Assembly: GCA_051942245.1 (NCBI GenBank)
Contig: JAVECL010000056.1
Location: forward strand, 49,504 to 69,503
Source of the DNA: Trypethelium eluteriae
Lineage: Eukaryota
Direction: 5' to 3'
Length of the DNA: 20,000 bases
Part shown: positions 11,125-20,000 of the stretch, piece by piece
How the letters are laid out: every line of letters starts with the position of its first letter
Position numbering within the stretch: position 1 is the first letter of the stretch
Program-made: the position numbers and the translations under genes
Notes under the pieces: model-generated
What the model was told of the DNA's origin: nothing
The model's input: the letters and a program-made list of their open reading frames with translations, nothing else
The model's database searches: none

Positions 11125-12178
11125 ATGTCCTATTCCACTAAAGTTTTCGAGGACTCTCTTCACTCACTCTTCCTAGATATCAAACTAAAGAGGAATGAGA
11201 TTATGACGAAGAGATCACAGAGAGCCGCTGATGAGGAAAAATTTACGAAACGCATCTTCGACCTGGAACAACAGCTGGAAACAATGAGAACGCGGAAGGA
11301 GGTTGTTATGAGTCGACATGACAAACAACTGGCACAGTTGAGCACAACTCAGACAGTGAGTCTCAGAATTGGACTTAGTTCATTTGGTTTTGCGACATCA
11401 TACAAATAAAAGGATCTTTTTCTAGGGCAATCTTGAGAAGTTGCGCGCCATCGTGAATCCCGACCTCGCCAACGACATCGATACTCCAACACCAACAAAA
11501 AATCATCCATGGGTGCAGCCAAGATCACTCTCTCCTCCTCCTTTGAAAGGATGGTATTTCAACCAGTCTCCTCCTCAGTACCCCAACCAAACGGACGCTT
11601 CCCCCTCCGATTCGTTCTCGCGTGCGGGCACTCCTAAGTCCACTGCTTCTAATGATGCAAAATCTATTGCATCCCCATTTACGCGGTCATACAATACCCA
11701 ATTTTCTTTTCCCAAAGATTGGAGCCCTGAAGCGTCCCCAATCTTCAAACCGATCCAATGTCAACAGCAACCTCAACATCCGAAACAGACAGAACCTGTT
11801 TCACTTCCTACCCTTGGTATGGATTATTCAAATGTCTCCGAGCATTCCTCGGACGTTGTGGTTGAGCCAGCTGTGTCCCCGCTGCTCGAGGCACGCTCGA
11901 GTTCAACTCAAATGTGGTCCCCTCCTCATGTAGCAGACGTCCCGTCCTCGGGAGCCAAAAAGTCTTCAGGTACCTGTCTCCAAATGCCGGGGATGATCGA
12001 TCCTGGATGGCTTCAGGATACCTGGAGTGTTTGCGACCGTCCTCGCGGAGATGTAGAGGATGGTTCATTTCAGACTAAGGTGAACAAGCTGCTTGCCAAG
12101 AAAATCCACAATAATGCTGCCAAGAAGGGTAAAGGGGTAGGAAGAGCGCAGGATGACATATATGTAGCCGACTTCTAG
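11125..12178 (+). CDS. Hypothetical protein (~327 aa) with an N-terminal coiled coil and a Pro/Ser-rich disordered tail
   Basis: ATG in gccATG context; exons 11125-11355 and 11426-12178 joined in frame by intron GTGAGT...TAG (70 nt, no canonical branch site seen). Confidence 0.65.
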
Positions 12179-12855
12179 CAGTCAACTGGGTGGTACACAT
12201 GCGGAACCTCTGAAGTGGTTTCATTAGAGGTGAACTGGATTCAAGGGGCGAGCAGAACCCAGGAATCCATCTTTGAACTTGGACGAATTGAGGGAATGAT
12301 ATTGATTTCATAGAGCACGCTCATGCCGAGGGCAAGTCACACAGATTCAGAAGTTGTTTCAAGGACCTAAGAATTAATTAGATGCTTTAATACAAGTGTT
12401 TTTCATCTCTCAAAGCGTGCGTAATTATGACAAGCTCCCAATCGATATCTATACATAGGAGCTGGAACGCCATTTGTAGATATCAACAAGGATGGTACAC
12501 CTTTTAGAGCCTCCTTGCATTTCTTCGCCTGGACCGGGTACCTTTTCATGGGTAGGTATGGATATTCGCCTTTGGTTGTCTAAGAATTGAAAAGCGATCA
12601 GGATTCGGACTTGCGATGAGAATGCCTGCTGAGCAAAGATGATTGTGATTAGAACAAAGAGAATAAAAAGGATACATAGAAGAAGAGAAGGCACAACAGA
12701 GGAGGCAAGAAAAAGAAAGGCTGAGCGGAAAAGACATGAAGCGCAAGAAAAGAGTCCTCGTTCAGTCTCTGAATCCTCGAATAGGGGTAAATGCCTACTT
12801 TATGCTGTGAAGTAAACCTACCTCAATCAGATCTGAGTTCTCGAGTACCAAGCAA

Positions 12856-14241
12856 TCAAGCCCATTGGATGACTTTCTTGAATAAGTGATCCTGGGCATC
12901 GGTGCTACTTGACCTGCCCCCTAAAGTACGCTTACCACACGCGTGCATGTAGGGTATAACACCTTCAGCTTGCGGAACAGCAGTCTTGTTCATGGACGTG
13001 CTATTGTCAGAGCCAGAAGAGTAACTTCCCAACGAGAGGCAGTTACACCCGCCGTACCCATGACAGACAGGCCAGATCTTCTTCGTGGACATGTCGCAAA
13101 ACTTGCCTTGTTTGTAATTGACGAGGCTAGGGCCGAGGGAGCTGGGGGAATTGCAGAGCGTGGCCACGTCGTGCTCGGGGGTGTTGGTTGTGACTATCAA
13201 GTCGTAAAAACTTTGCGTATGATTGCCGGCCGATTGTATGCTGGGCCCATTCCGCTTTTCTTTCCGCCGCCGGATGCGTGTTTGGGTACGACCCTGAGCA
13301 GCAGTCGCATTGACGGGCATCTGGGCTAACTCTTCAGCGGGTTCCTCAGCAGGTCGTTCGGAAGGTCTCGTGGGTCGGTAGCGGGATGGAGCAGGCACAC
13401 CACGTTGACGGCCCTTGTGTGTGACTCCGTCGGTCCATAGCTGGGCGATGTCCCTCGTAGCACCGTTTTCAGTATATTGAAGAGTAGGATGAAAAACCGG
13501 AAGCCAATCCTTTCCTAACTTAAACTTCGTGTAGAAGCTAAACCGGGGTAAGCTACCACACATTGTTCTACGATCCCTCCTATACTCATCTCTAAGGCCG
13601 ACTTGCGTGCTGGATTCGATGCTAAAGTCGGTGATGTGCATACCCATGGCGGTATGTCCAAGTGTAAAATTGGGATCTGAGCTGATCCAGACACATCGTG
13701 GCCGGTAGTTATTGTTCCCAACTATTTGGGTAGAATAAAACCAGTCTCCTCCACATTCAGCTCCAACATCTCCGACCCACCCGTGATGAAGCCCAGAAAA
13801 ATCGGTCAGGCTGATGTATGAAATGCAAATCGCGTCCGTACCACCAGCGGATACGGCAACGTATGTTGGTACGCCATTATTGCGTTGGTTATCGGTTTTT
13901 TGTCTGATTTGAATATCCCGAAAATTGCCTGCCTTTATTTTTTTTTGGCCATAGCGAATCAAACAAGGAAATATGCATCCGCTGCTGAATCCAAGACCAT
14001 TACCAACATCGTCATAGATCGAGACGCCGGGTACATCGCCCCCGTAGGGCTCGACTTGGAACTCCCCAGGGTCAAGCCCTATCCCAACTCGGACCCTGGT
14101 ATAGGTCTCTACTCCTGAAGGTATCCTTGCTTGGATCCCGCCGATGATACCGAATATACTAGCGACGGTACCTCCAATCGTGCCTGTGAGAAACCCAAAT
14201 GCGCCTGCAGCGATTCCGAAGCTCACTGGGTCAAACACCAT
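12856..14241 (-). CDS. Hypothetical Cys-rich secreted or membrane-anchored protein (461 aa)
   Basis: Long intronless ATG-started ORF with a Gly-rich hydrophobic N-terminus, a globular Cys-containing domain, a basic/Pro linker and a Cys-rich C-terminal domain. Confidence 0.8.
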   Translation of the reverse strand: MVFDPVSFGIAAGAFGFLTGTIGGTVASIFGIIGGIQARIPSGVETYTRVRVGIGLDPGEFQVEPYGGDVPGVSIYDDVGNGLGFSSGCIFPCLIRYGQKKIKAGNFRDIQIRQKTDNQRNNGVPTYVAVSAGGTDAICISYISLTDFSGLHHGWVGDVGAECGGDWFYSTQIVGNNNYRPRCVWISSDPNFTLGHTAMGMHITDFSIESSTQVGLRDEYRRDRRTMCGSLPRFSFYTKFKLGKDWLPVFHPTLQYTENGATRDIAQLWTDGVTHKGRQRGVPAPSRYRPTRPSERPAEEPAEELAQMPVNATAAQGRTQTRIRRRKEKRNGPSIQSAGNHTQSFYDLIVTTNTPEHDVATLCNSPSSLGPSLVNYKQGKFCDMSTKKIWPVCHGYGGCNCLSLGSYSSGSDNSTSMNKTAVPQAEGVIPYMHACGKRTLGGRSSSTDAQDHLFKKVIQWA

Positions 14242-14665
14242 GTTCAGAGGGGACTGTACGTGAGGCGAAGCGTTAAATAGAACGGTAGATGTTTCTATCT
14301 ATAAGAATGAAGACAGTCCTGATCGAAAGTGGAGCTGATTCTAGTCTTCTGGTGCTCTGAATGACTCGGTGGTGTCCAGGAGCCACTATTTGAGAACTAG
14401 AAAAGTTTTCCTGCCAGCAAGAAAGAAATGAAAAGAGGAGCTTTACAAGGAAGAGCCTCAGAGCTCTGGGCTTTTAAGGAAAAAAGGCGGTGGAGGCATT
14501 GTCAAAAACGTTTGATAAACAATGAGTTTCCTTATGACCGAGCCAATCAGATATTCGGTTTCAGTCGGAGCACTTTTGGGGAATACGTCTGTATACCCGC
14601 CACCTGGTCTCCTTAAGGAATCGGACAACGTATTGTGGAAATCTGCAAGGGAACCTTTTACCTAG

Positions 14666-15030
14666 CTTGCCAGGATTAGCTACAGCTGTGAGCACACCTG
14701 ATGAGATTCATAAATGCCGTATGGAGATGGGAATATGGGTCACAACAATGATGAACTGGAGAAAATATACAGGTGAACCAGTGCGTCGCAAGAGTCTAGA
14801 CGAAATGGCGTCTCAAGCAGAAGTAAAGCCTTTGAGTCCTCGAGTGAATTCGGACGCTGTCTAGAAAGACTCGTTGGCCGCATCATCTCACCTACTACCT
14901 CGTATTTCTGCAATTTCGCCTAAAATTCTTCGGTAATGTCCATCCAGTAAAGACAATCTGATAGAGGAAACTTTTCTGGGCAGTCAAGCAGCCGCACAGT
15001 GTGCACAGTCCATTGACTAATCCTGGCAAG
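14666..15030. repeat. ~365-bp foldback element with 14-bp perfect terminal inverted repeats (MITE-like or structured RNA)
   Basis: CTTGCCAGGATTAG (14666-14679) is the exact reverse complement of CTAATCCTGGCAAG (15017-15030), with several nested internal complementary blocks. No target-site duplication is evident. Confidence 0.55.
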
Positions 15031-15416
15031 GGTCTGGGATCCCTCACTGCACGATTACTTCAAGATCCCGGATCCAGCGCCATAATTGTCAGGAACTCCC
15101 CCGCCAGCTTACCTCAGTCAAGCCACGTCAGTTGCGATTTATGACTTCAATCTTACCGGCATCGGCCGAGTATCTTGCCACACAAGCTAATTCACGATGA
15201 GACTTCGATTTAAATGTTAACACACGTTCTCGCAGTCAAGCAAAACCAAAGGAAGTGCCGAAATTATTGATACTCACTAGCATCACGGCGGAAGTATGCC
15301 GAAAAAAGTACAGTGCTAGAAATGGATTGCTGATCTTTGCTCCAATGCACCATTTTGAAGTGTGTTGGGATTAGAGAGCAATGTTGCAGCGTGGACGCTC
15401 CTCTTCCGGTCCTCAA

Positions 15417-16341
15417 CTATGATGGACTCCGTCCCTTCGGTGGAGATCTCAATACATCAGTCTCGGCATTTGGACTTTCTCTCTCGAAGCCTGCCCATAA
15501 AGGTCCTTTACCTTCTCCCGTGTCACATACCCACAGTGTAACTTGCGATTTCTCATCTCCTAATTTGTAAGCCGTAAAGTCTTCATCCTGTCCTGCCTCA
15601 CGAACTCCCAAACAACAGCTTTCACCACCGCCGAACCGCTTCCCAGCAAGTTCGACAATGATTGCCATTTGGTCAGGTGTGAGAAACTCGGAGTCTTGGA
15701 ACCCACCGTGTTCCCCAGAAGACTTAATCTTTTTCTTCTGAACCACTGTCGTATGATACTCGGGAGATCGATGGACGACTAGAAAAGCCTCCCACGTGGG
15801 AATCAGGATGCGCGATGTAGAGGGTTGAGATTCTTTGATGGTCTTGATGCTAGTAGCTAGCGCATAGTATCCGCTAAGAACTGGGCCTCCGGACGGCTTC
15901 CCGAGGTAATGACCATTTGCGCAGAAACGCTCGTGCTCACAAATAGCAGTAAATTTGGAGTGAGCAGTCACCACGACTTTGGCCCACTGAGCTTCAGAAG
16001 GACCCAGATTATTGCAGAGAGTCTTAGCCGCTGTTACTAGACTGCAAAAGGTACCGAAGATAGGTTAGCGCCAGCTTAGCCGACATGATGAAAAAGTGGG
16101 GCCTTACCTGCTCAGGTCCTTTTGGTCATACCCGTCATTCTCTTTTTGATCGTATGGCCCACGGGCCCAGGCGTGTACTTCGCGGAGGGTGATCCTAGCA
16201 ATTTTAACGAGATTCTCACGAGATCCTGTTGGTTCGTGCGCGATTCGATGGAGTGCGGCAAGCGCCGCGATGGTGGAAGGTTCCTAGTAGAGCAGATTAG
16301 CTAAGTTGAGAACTCTTTGCAAAATCTATACTCACATCCAT
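15417..16341 (-). CDS. Hypothetical protein (268 aa, three exons)
   Basis: Exons 16341-16336 (6-nt ATG GAT), 16283-16108 and 16041-15417. Introns GTGAGT...CTAAT...TAG (52 nt) and GTAAGG...GCTAAC...CAG (66 nt). Joins without stops: MDEPSTIAALAALHRIAHEPTGSRENLVKIARITLREVHAWARG...LVTAAKTLCNNL... Confidence 0.8.
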
Positions 16342-17131
16342 CCTTAGGTGAGAATGAATACTCTTCAAGATGAAGAGAACAGATTCTGGGAGGCTCCTAG
16401 AAGTCTATTGCATCAGGATTCCCAGTCGGAGTGATGGTGATGGCACTGTACGTAGCAAGACTCGCAAAGCCTTGAAATGTAATGGAATTAGTCACATGCT
16501 ACTCAGCGGTGCTCAGGTAACACATGTGTGAGCAGTTGAGAGATGGGCATCAACAGTGAAGTCCGCAAGGGCTACTCGAAATGATTCCTCAAAGTGAGAC
16601 CGGGTCCGTGGCAAACGCGCTCTGAACGTGGAGTGTTGATGGTACTGCTATCCAGTTCTCACCTCACATATACATATTAGACTGACAATGTTCTTTGCGC
16701 GGTAGACAGGTCTAGGTGTATACACCTTGTGGCTAGCCTAATCCAGGGACTTCTTCTTTCTTTCCTGCATTATATTCAGGACTCAGACAGCGACATCTCT
16801 GGCTTTAGGCCCAAGCTTAGGTGTTTTGCAACCACTGTAGGGATCTCCACTGGCCGTGGACGAGGACAGAGTTTGTCGATGCTGCTTACGCAGAGACGAG
16901 CCAGACAGAATGGCCAGTCATCCGTTTCATTGCCCTTGTATATGCGGCATGAGAATGATAGGGTCTCACTCGTCGAATTGCCCGAACTTTGATAATTACG
17001 GATTATCTGTAAATCTCAATAGTCAATGGAAGTGTCCAAGGTGTGAAGTCACTCTGAAGCCAAGGTGCGAATCAGAGCGTTGCGGCTTGACAGCAGCCAA
17101 TTGAGCGGACTTCAGAGTGGTTCCGTTGCCC

Positions 17132-17133
<2 letters not shown>

Positions 17134-17165
<32 letters not shown>
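17134..17165 (+). repeat. Poly(A) homopolymer, 32 nt
   Basis: Uninterrupted A run in intergenic DNA. Confidence 0.95.
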
Positions 17166-17166
<1 letters not shown>

Positions 17167-17844
17167 CCTGTTTCGATGGATCTAGCATGCCCATTGGATC
17201 CGTTCACAAGATGGTGGCTATCCTCGACCAGAACCGCCTCCGGCCGGGGAATAATGATGTCAGTAACGCCTTCTACCGAACTGCCGATGACAGTGAGTAA
17301 AATAGCCTTCTCTTTCAATCACAGTTGATTGATATCAATTCAACTCTGAGATCCAAGTTTCACCCAGATCACCGCCCACCTCCACCCTCAGGAGAATTTC
17401 TCTCATCCGCTGCGTTTCCGTACACTTGATGCATTGAAATGTAGCCAATTCAACAACCTTGGAGTCTTTCTGCAGTCTTTGACGGTAGTAGAGTTCGAAA
17501 ACAGAAGCGGAATTACCACGTCGTCCATGGTGGGTTAGTTGAACCTTCAGCCAGACGTCGAAAATTGCAGGACGTTGAAGAACGACCGGCAGGTAAACCC
17601 AAAAAGTGCGATGACTGATCTGCTTTGTTGAGCTAATGACTATAGTCATGTAGAATCTAGGATGCCTGGAGATAAGGTCTGCGACTGAGCTGTTCCTCTG
17701 TTCCGTGCTAAAGCCCCTCTTTACATCCTGTCCGTGCCCAAGATCAAATGCTTATGGTTGGGTAGGATGAGCCATAAAAAGATCCAGAGGGGGCAAGCAA
17801 GAGATATATGCAGATCAAGGGTGCACTAGGGCCAAGGTATAGTT

Positions 17845-18546
17845 TCAATCACTCGCCCTGTATTTCTCCCTGTATTCTTCCAACCTCCTCAGCTCCGTTT
17901 CACTACCCATGCCTGCCAATGACTTCGAAACATCATCCAGCGTCAGGATGGACAAAACCGGTACCTTGAACTCCTTCCTAAATTCGCCAATGGTGCTCGG
18001 TCTCGGAATCCCATCATCATCTGTGGGACTTGGGACCTTCTCCATGCGATCAAAAGCAACCACGATGCCCACGAGCGTGCCACCTTGCTTTTCCGTGATA
18101 TCAATGGCTTCCCGCATTGCCGTACCAGCCGTCATAACGTCGTCGATGATGACCACCCGCTTGTCTTTCAGTGGCGCTCCAACAATGATGCCACCCTCGC
18201 CATGATCTTTTGCTTCCTTGCGATTGAAGCTATAGCTGATTTGCCCAAATCTTTTTTCATCCACGAGTGCAAGTCCAAGAGTTGTGGCCGCAGCTATGGG
18301 GATGCCTTTGTAAGCTGGACCAAATAGCACGTCGAATTTGAGATCAGGCTCCGCGGCGAGGGTATGCGCATACGCGAGGGAAATGGCGCGAACAAGATCG
18401 GCTCGATGAAGCAAGCCTGCATTGAAGAAGTATGGCGAGATCCGCCCCGATTTGAGGGTGTAGGTGCCGAAGGTCAGGACGTTGCCGGCGCGGCAGGCGG
18501 AGATGAAGTCGGACTTGTATTGTGGGAGGGAGGCGGGTGAAGCCAT
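17845..18546 (-). CDS. URA5: Orotate phosphoribosyltransferase (233 aa)
   Basis: ATG at 18546 (18561 is GTG). Motifs: [39 protein letters not shown] and the PRPP-binding [12 protein letters not shown]. Confidence 0.98.
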   Translation of the reverse strand: MASPASLPQYKSDFISACRAGNVLTFGTYTLKSGRISPYFFNAGLLHRADLVRAISLAYAHTLAAEPDLKFDVLFGPAYKGIPIAAATTLGLALVDEKRFGQISYSFNRKEAKDHGEGGIIVGAPLKDKRVVIIDDVMTAGTAMREAIDITEKQGGTLVGIVVAFDRMEKVPSPTDDDGIPRPSTIGEFRKEFKVPVLSILTLDDVSKSLAGMGSETELRRLEEYREKYRASD

Positions 18547-19231
18547 GTTTCGGTCAAACACCTGCTGTTCGACCGTTCCGAGGTTTGAAGACCAGGATTT
18601 TCCACTGATATCTATCCTGCCCTTACGCGGGCACTTTGATGAAATTCAAGACGTTCGTTTCTACGGTAGGTCAAATGCTCCCTCAGGGTCTTCCAAATTA
18701 TACTCTATGGAGGGGCAAACTTCTTGCATAGATCCTGCTAGGTGTCGTATCGGAGGCTTCTCCTGTAAAATTTGGCATATCATTGGGGCTTCGGCACGCG
18801 GAAGGAGGTATTGGAGGTCAAAGCATCGGCCAGCTCCGGTGTCTTTTGTTTAAAAAATTTATGCCCAGGCACGGCCCATCGGCTGCGTAGTCGTGAACAG
18901 GATGAGGTCTGATGCATGAACGTAAGGACTTAGGTGATGCCATCAAGCTATAAAGTTTATTCTAAAATTAAGTCTCGATGACAAAGCTTAATATAGGGTT
19001 TCCCTGCACTTCCGTTTGAAATTGGTGTTTCTCACCTGCCGGAGAGAATGCATAATGACGCCTCGCTTGTTGATGTGTCGCATTTCTCCGCAGGCACTTG
19101 TCGACACTCGCGTTCCTAGCGATAAGCTTTGTGGCCATTCGATTGGCCACCGCTTCTACATTTCCCAGACCCTGGCGAGCATTGCGCAACTCTCCTAATT
19201 TCGTGGAAGATAGTGAGAGGCTTTGGCCGCA

Positions 19232-20000
19232 ATGTTTGCCGTTCCGGGATGGTCAGTCGATGCTGCAAACCTCAAGCAGCAGACTGAGCCTGTGAAGGAT
19301 GCTCGTGGAGATAAGAAGCCCAAGAAGAGGAAGCGAGGCAGCAATGGGCCCGTTGTGACTTCAGAAAATGTGGGAAACTTGTGGGAACAACACTTTGAAG
19401 GAAAAGATCCTAAGAATAAGCAGGCGAATAATGGAAAGCGGGATAATAAGGAGAGAAAGGAGAAAAAGAAGCAGGGAACGAACGGATCAGAGCAAAATGC
19501 CAACATGGCTATACAGACACCGGGATCGCAGTCGACAAGTAGTACCACTATTCCCACAGAAACTGGCTCCAGTCTGCCTGCGAAAAGGGCAGGGAAGAAA
19601 TCCCAGAAGCATCGGCGTCCGTCTGCAGATGTAGAACATGTCTCGAACTCTCCAGCTTCTCTACCCAAGAAGCACGAATCCACCTTAGCAATACCTGTGT
19701 CTCTGCCACCTTCCAATAAACTCACTCCACTCCAGAATTCCATGCGCCAAAAGCTCGCCTCGGCACGCTTCCGCCACCTCAACGAAACCCTTTACACAAA
19801 ACCTTCCTCCCACTCCCTCGACCTCTTCTCCAAGTCCCCCGAAATGTTCGAAGAATACCACAAAGGCTTCCGCCAACAAGTCGCCATCTGGCCCGAAAAT
19901 CCCGTCGACACCTTTGTCAAGACTATCCAGGAGCGCGGCTCTATCGGTCTCCCAACAACATCAAAGAGAAAAAAGAACACCAAGTCATCCTCCTCTCACC
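19232..20000 (+). CDS. RRP8: 25S rRNA adenine-N1 methyltransferase Rrp8, 5' part; runs off the window end
   Basis: Not in the ORF track because there is no stop in the window. Begins MFAVPGWSV, then a Lys-rich linker, then LTPLQNSMRQKLASARFRHLNETLYT...MFEEYHKGFRQQVAIWPENPVD, the characteristic Rrp8 N-terminal domain. Confidence 0.93.
   Translation, partial: MFAVPGWSVDAANLKQQTEPVKDARGDKKPKKRKRGSNGPVVTSENVGNLWEQHFEGKDPKNKQANNGKRDNKERKEKKKQGTNGSEQNANMAIQTPGSQSTSSTTIPTETGSSLPAKRAGKKSQKHRRPSADVEHVSNSPASLPKKHESTLAIPVSLPPSNKLTPLQNSMRQKLASARFRHLNETLYTKPSSHSLDLFSKSPEMFEEYHKGFRQQVAIWPENPVDTFVKTIQERGSIGLPTTSKRKKNTKSSSSH

Noticed and set aside
12449..12746. Short hydrophobic minus-strand ORFs
   Set aside because: Non-ATG starts; they arise from a purine/pyrimidine-skewed tract in the 3' flank of the 461-aa gene.
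14692..14975. Hammerhead-like CTGATGAG and downstream GAAA motifs, plus a C-box-like ATGATGA, in the foldback element
   Set aside because: I could not build stem II, stem III and an NUH cleavage site consistently, and there is no terminal stem for a C/D snoRNA.
17323..17345. Imperfect 23-bp palindrome centred on GATATC
   Set aside because: Short, AT-rich and isolated; compatible with chance.
17335..17649. 104-aa ATG-started minus-strand ORF
   Set aside because: No motifs or splice support; it may be a chance ORF or a relic and cannot be supported as a gene.
18562..18626. Possible 5'UTR intron of URA5 (GTAAGG...CAG on the minus strand)
   Set aside because: No convincing branch site, and no coding constraint to test it.
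19195..19782. 195-aa minus-strand ORF
   Set aside because: Antisense to RRP8.

Overview
Eukaryotic, intron-containing DNA from a filamentous ascomycete (Pezizomycotina-type 49-131 nt introns, GTRAGY donors, CTRAY branch sites); the ORF track fragments most genes and misses two. I reconstructed ten genes by hand. Left conserved block: a partial Rkm5-like lysine methyltransferase (-, with a GC-AG intron), divergent from a long-chain acyl-CoA synthetase (FAA1/FAA4-like); then a leukotriene-A4-hydrolase/M1 aminopeptidase (LAP2) and a disordered protein with D-box, KEN box, YGR and Sororin-like C-terminal motifs. The central ~9.5 kb looks accessory: a GT90 glycosyltransferase, a coiled-coil orphan, a Cys-rich putative secreted or membrane protein, a ~365-bp foldback element, a three-exon protein with a weak, apparently degenerate OTU/papain-like motif pattern, and an A32 tract. 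Right conserved block: URA5 (-) divergent from a partial RRP8 (+). No CRISPR, rRNA or tRNA was seen. Family calls come from motif recognition, not database searches.
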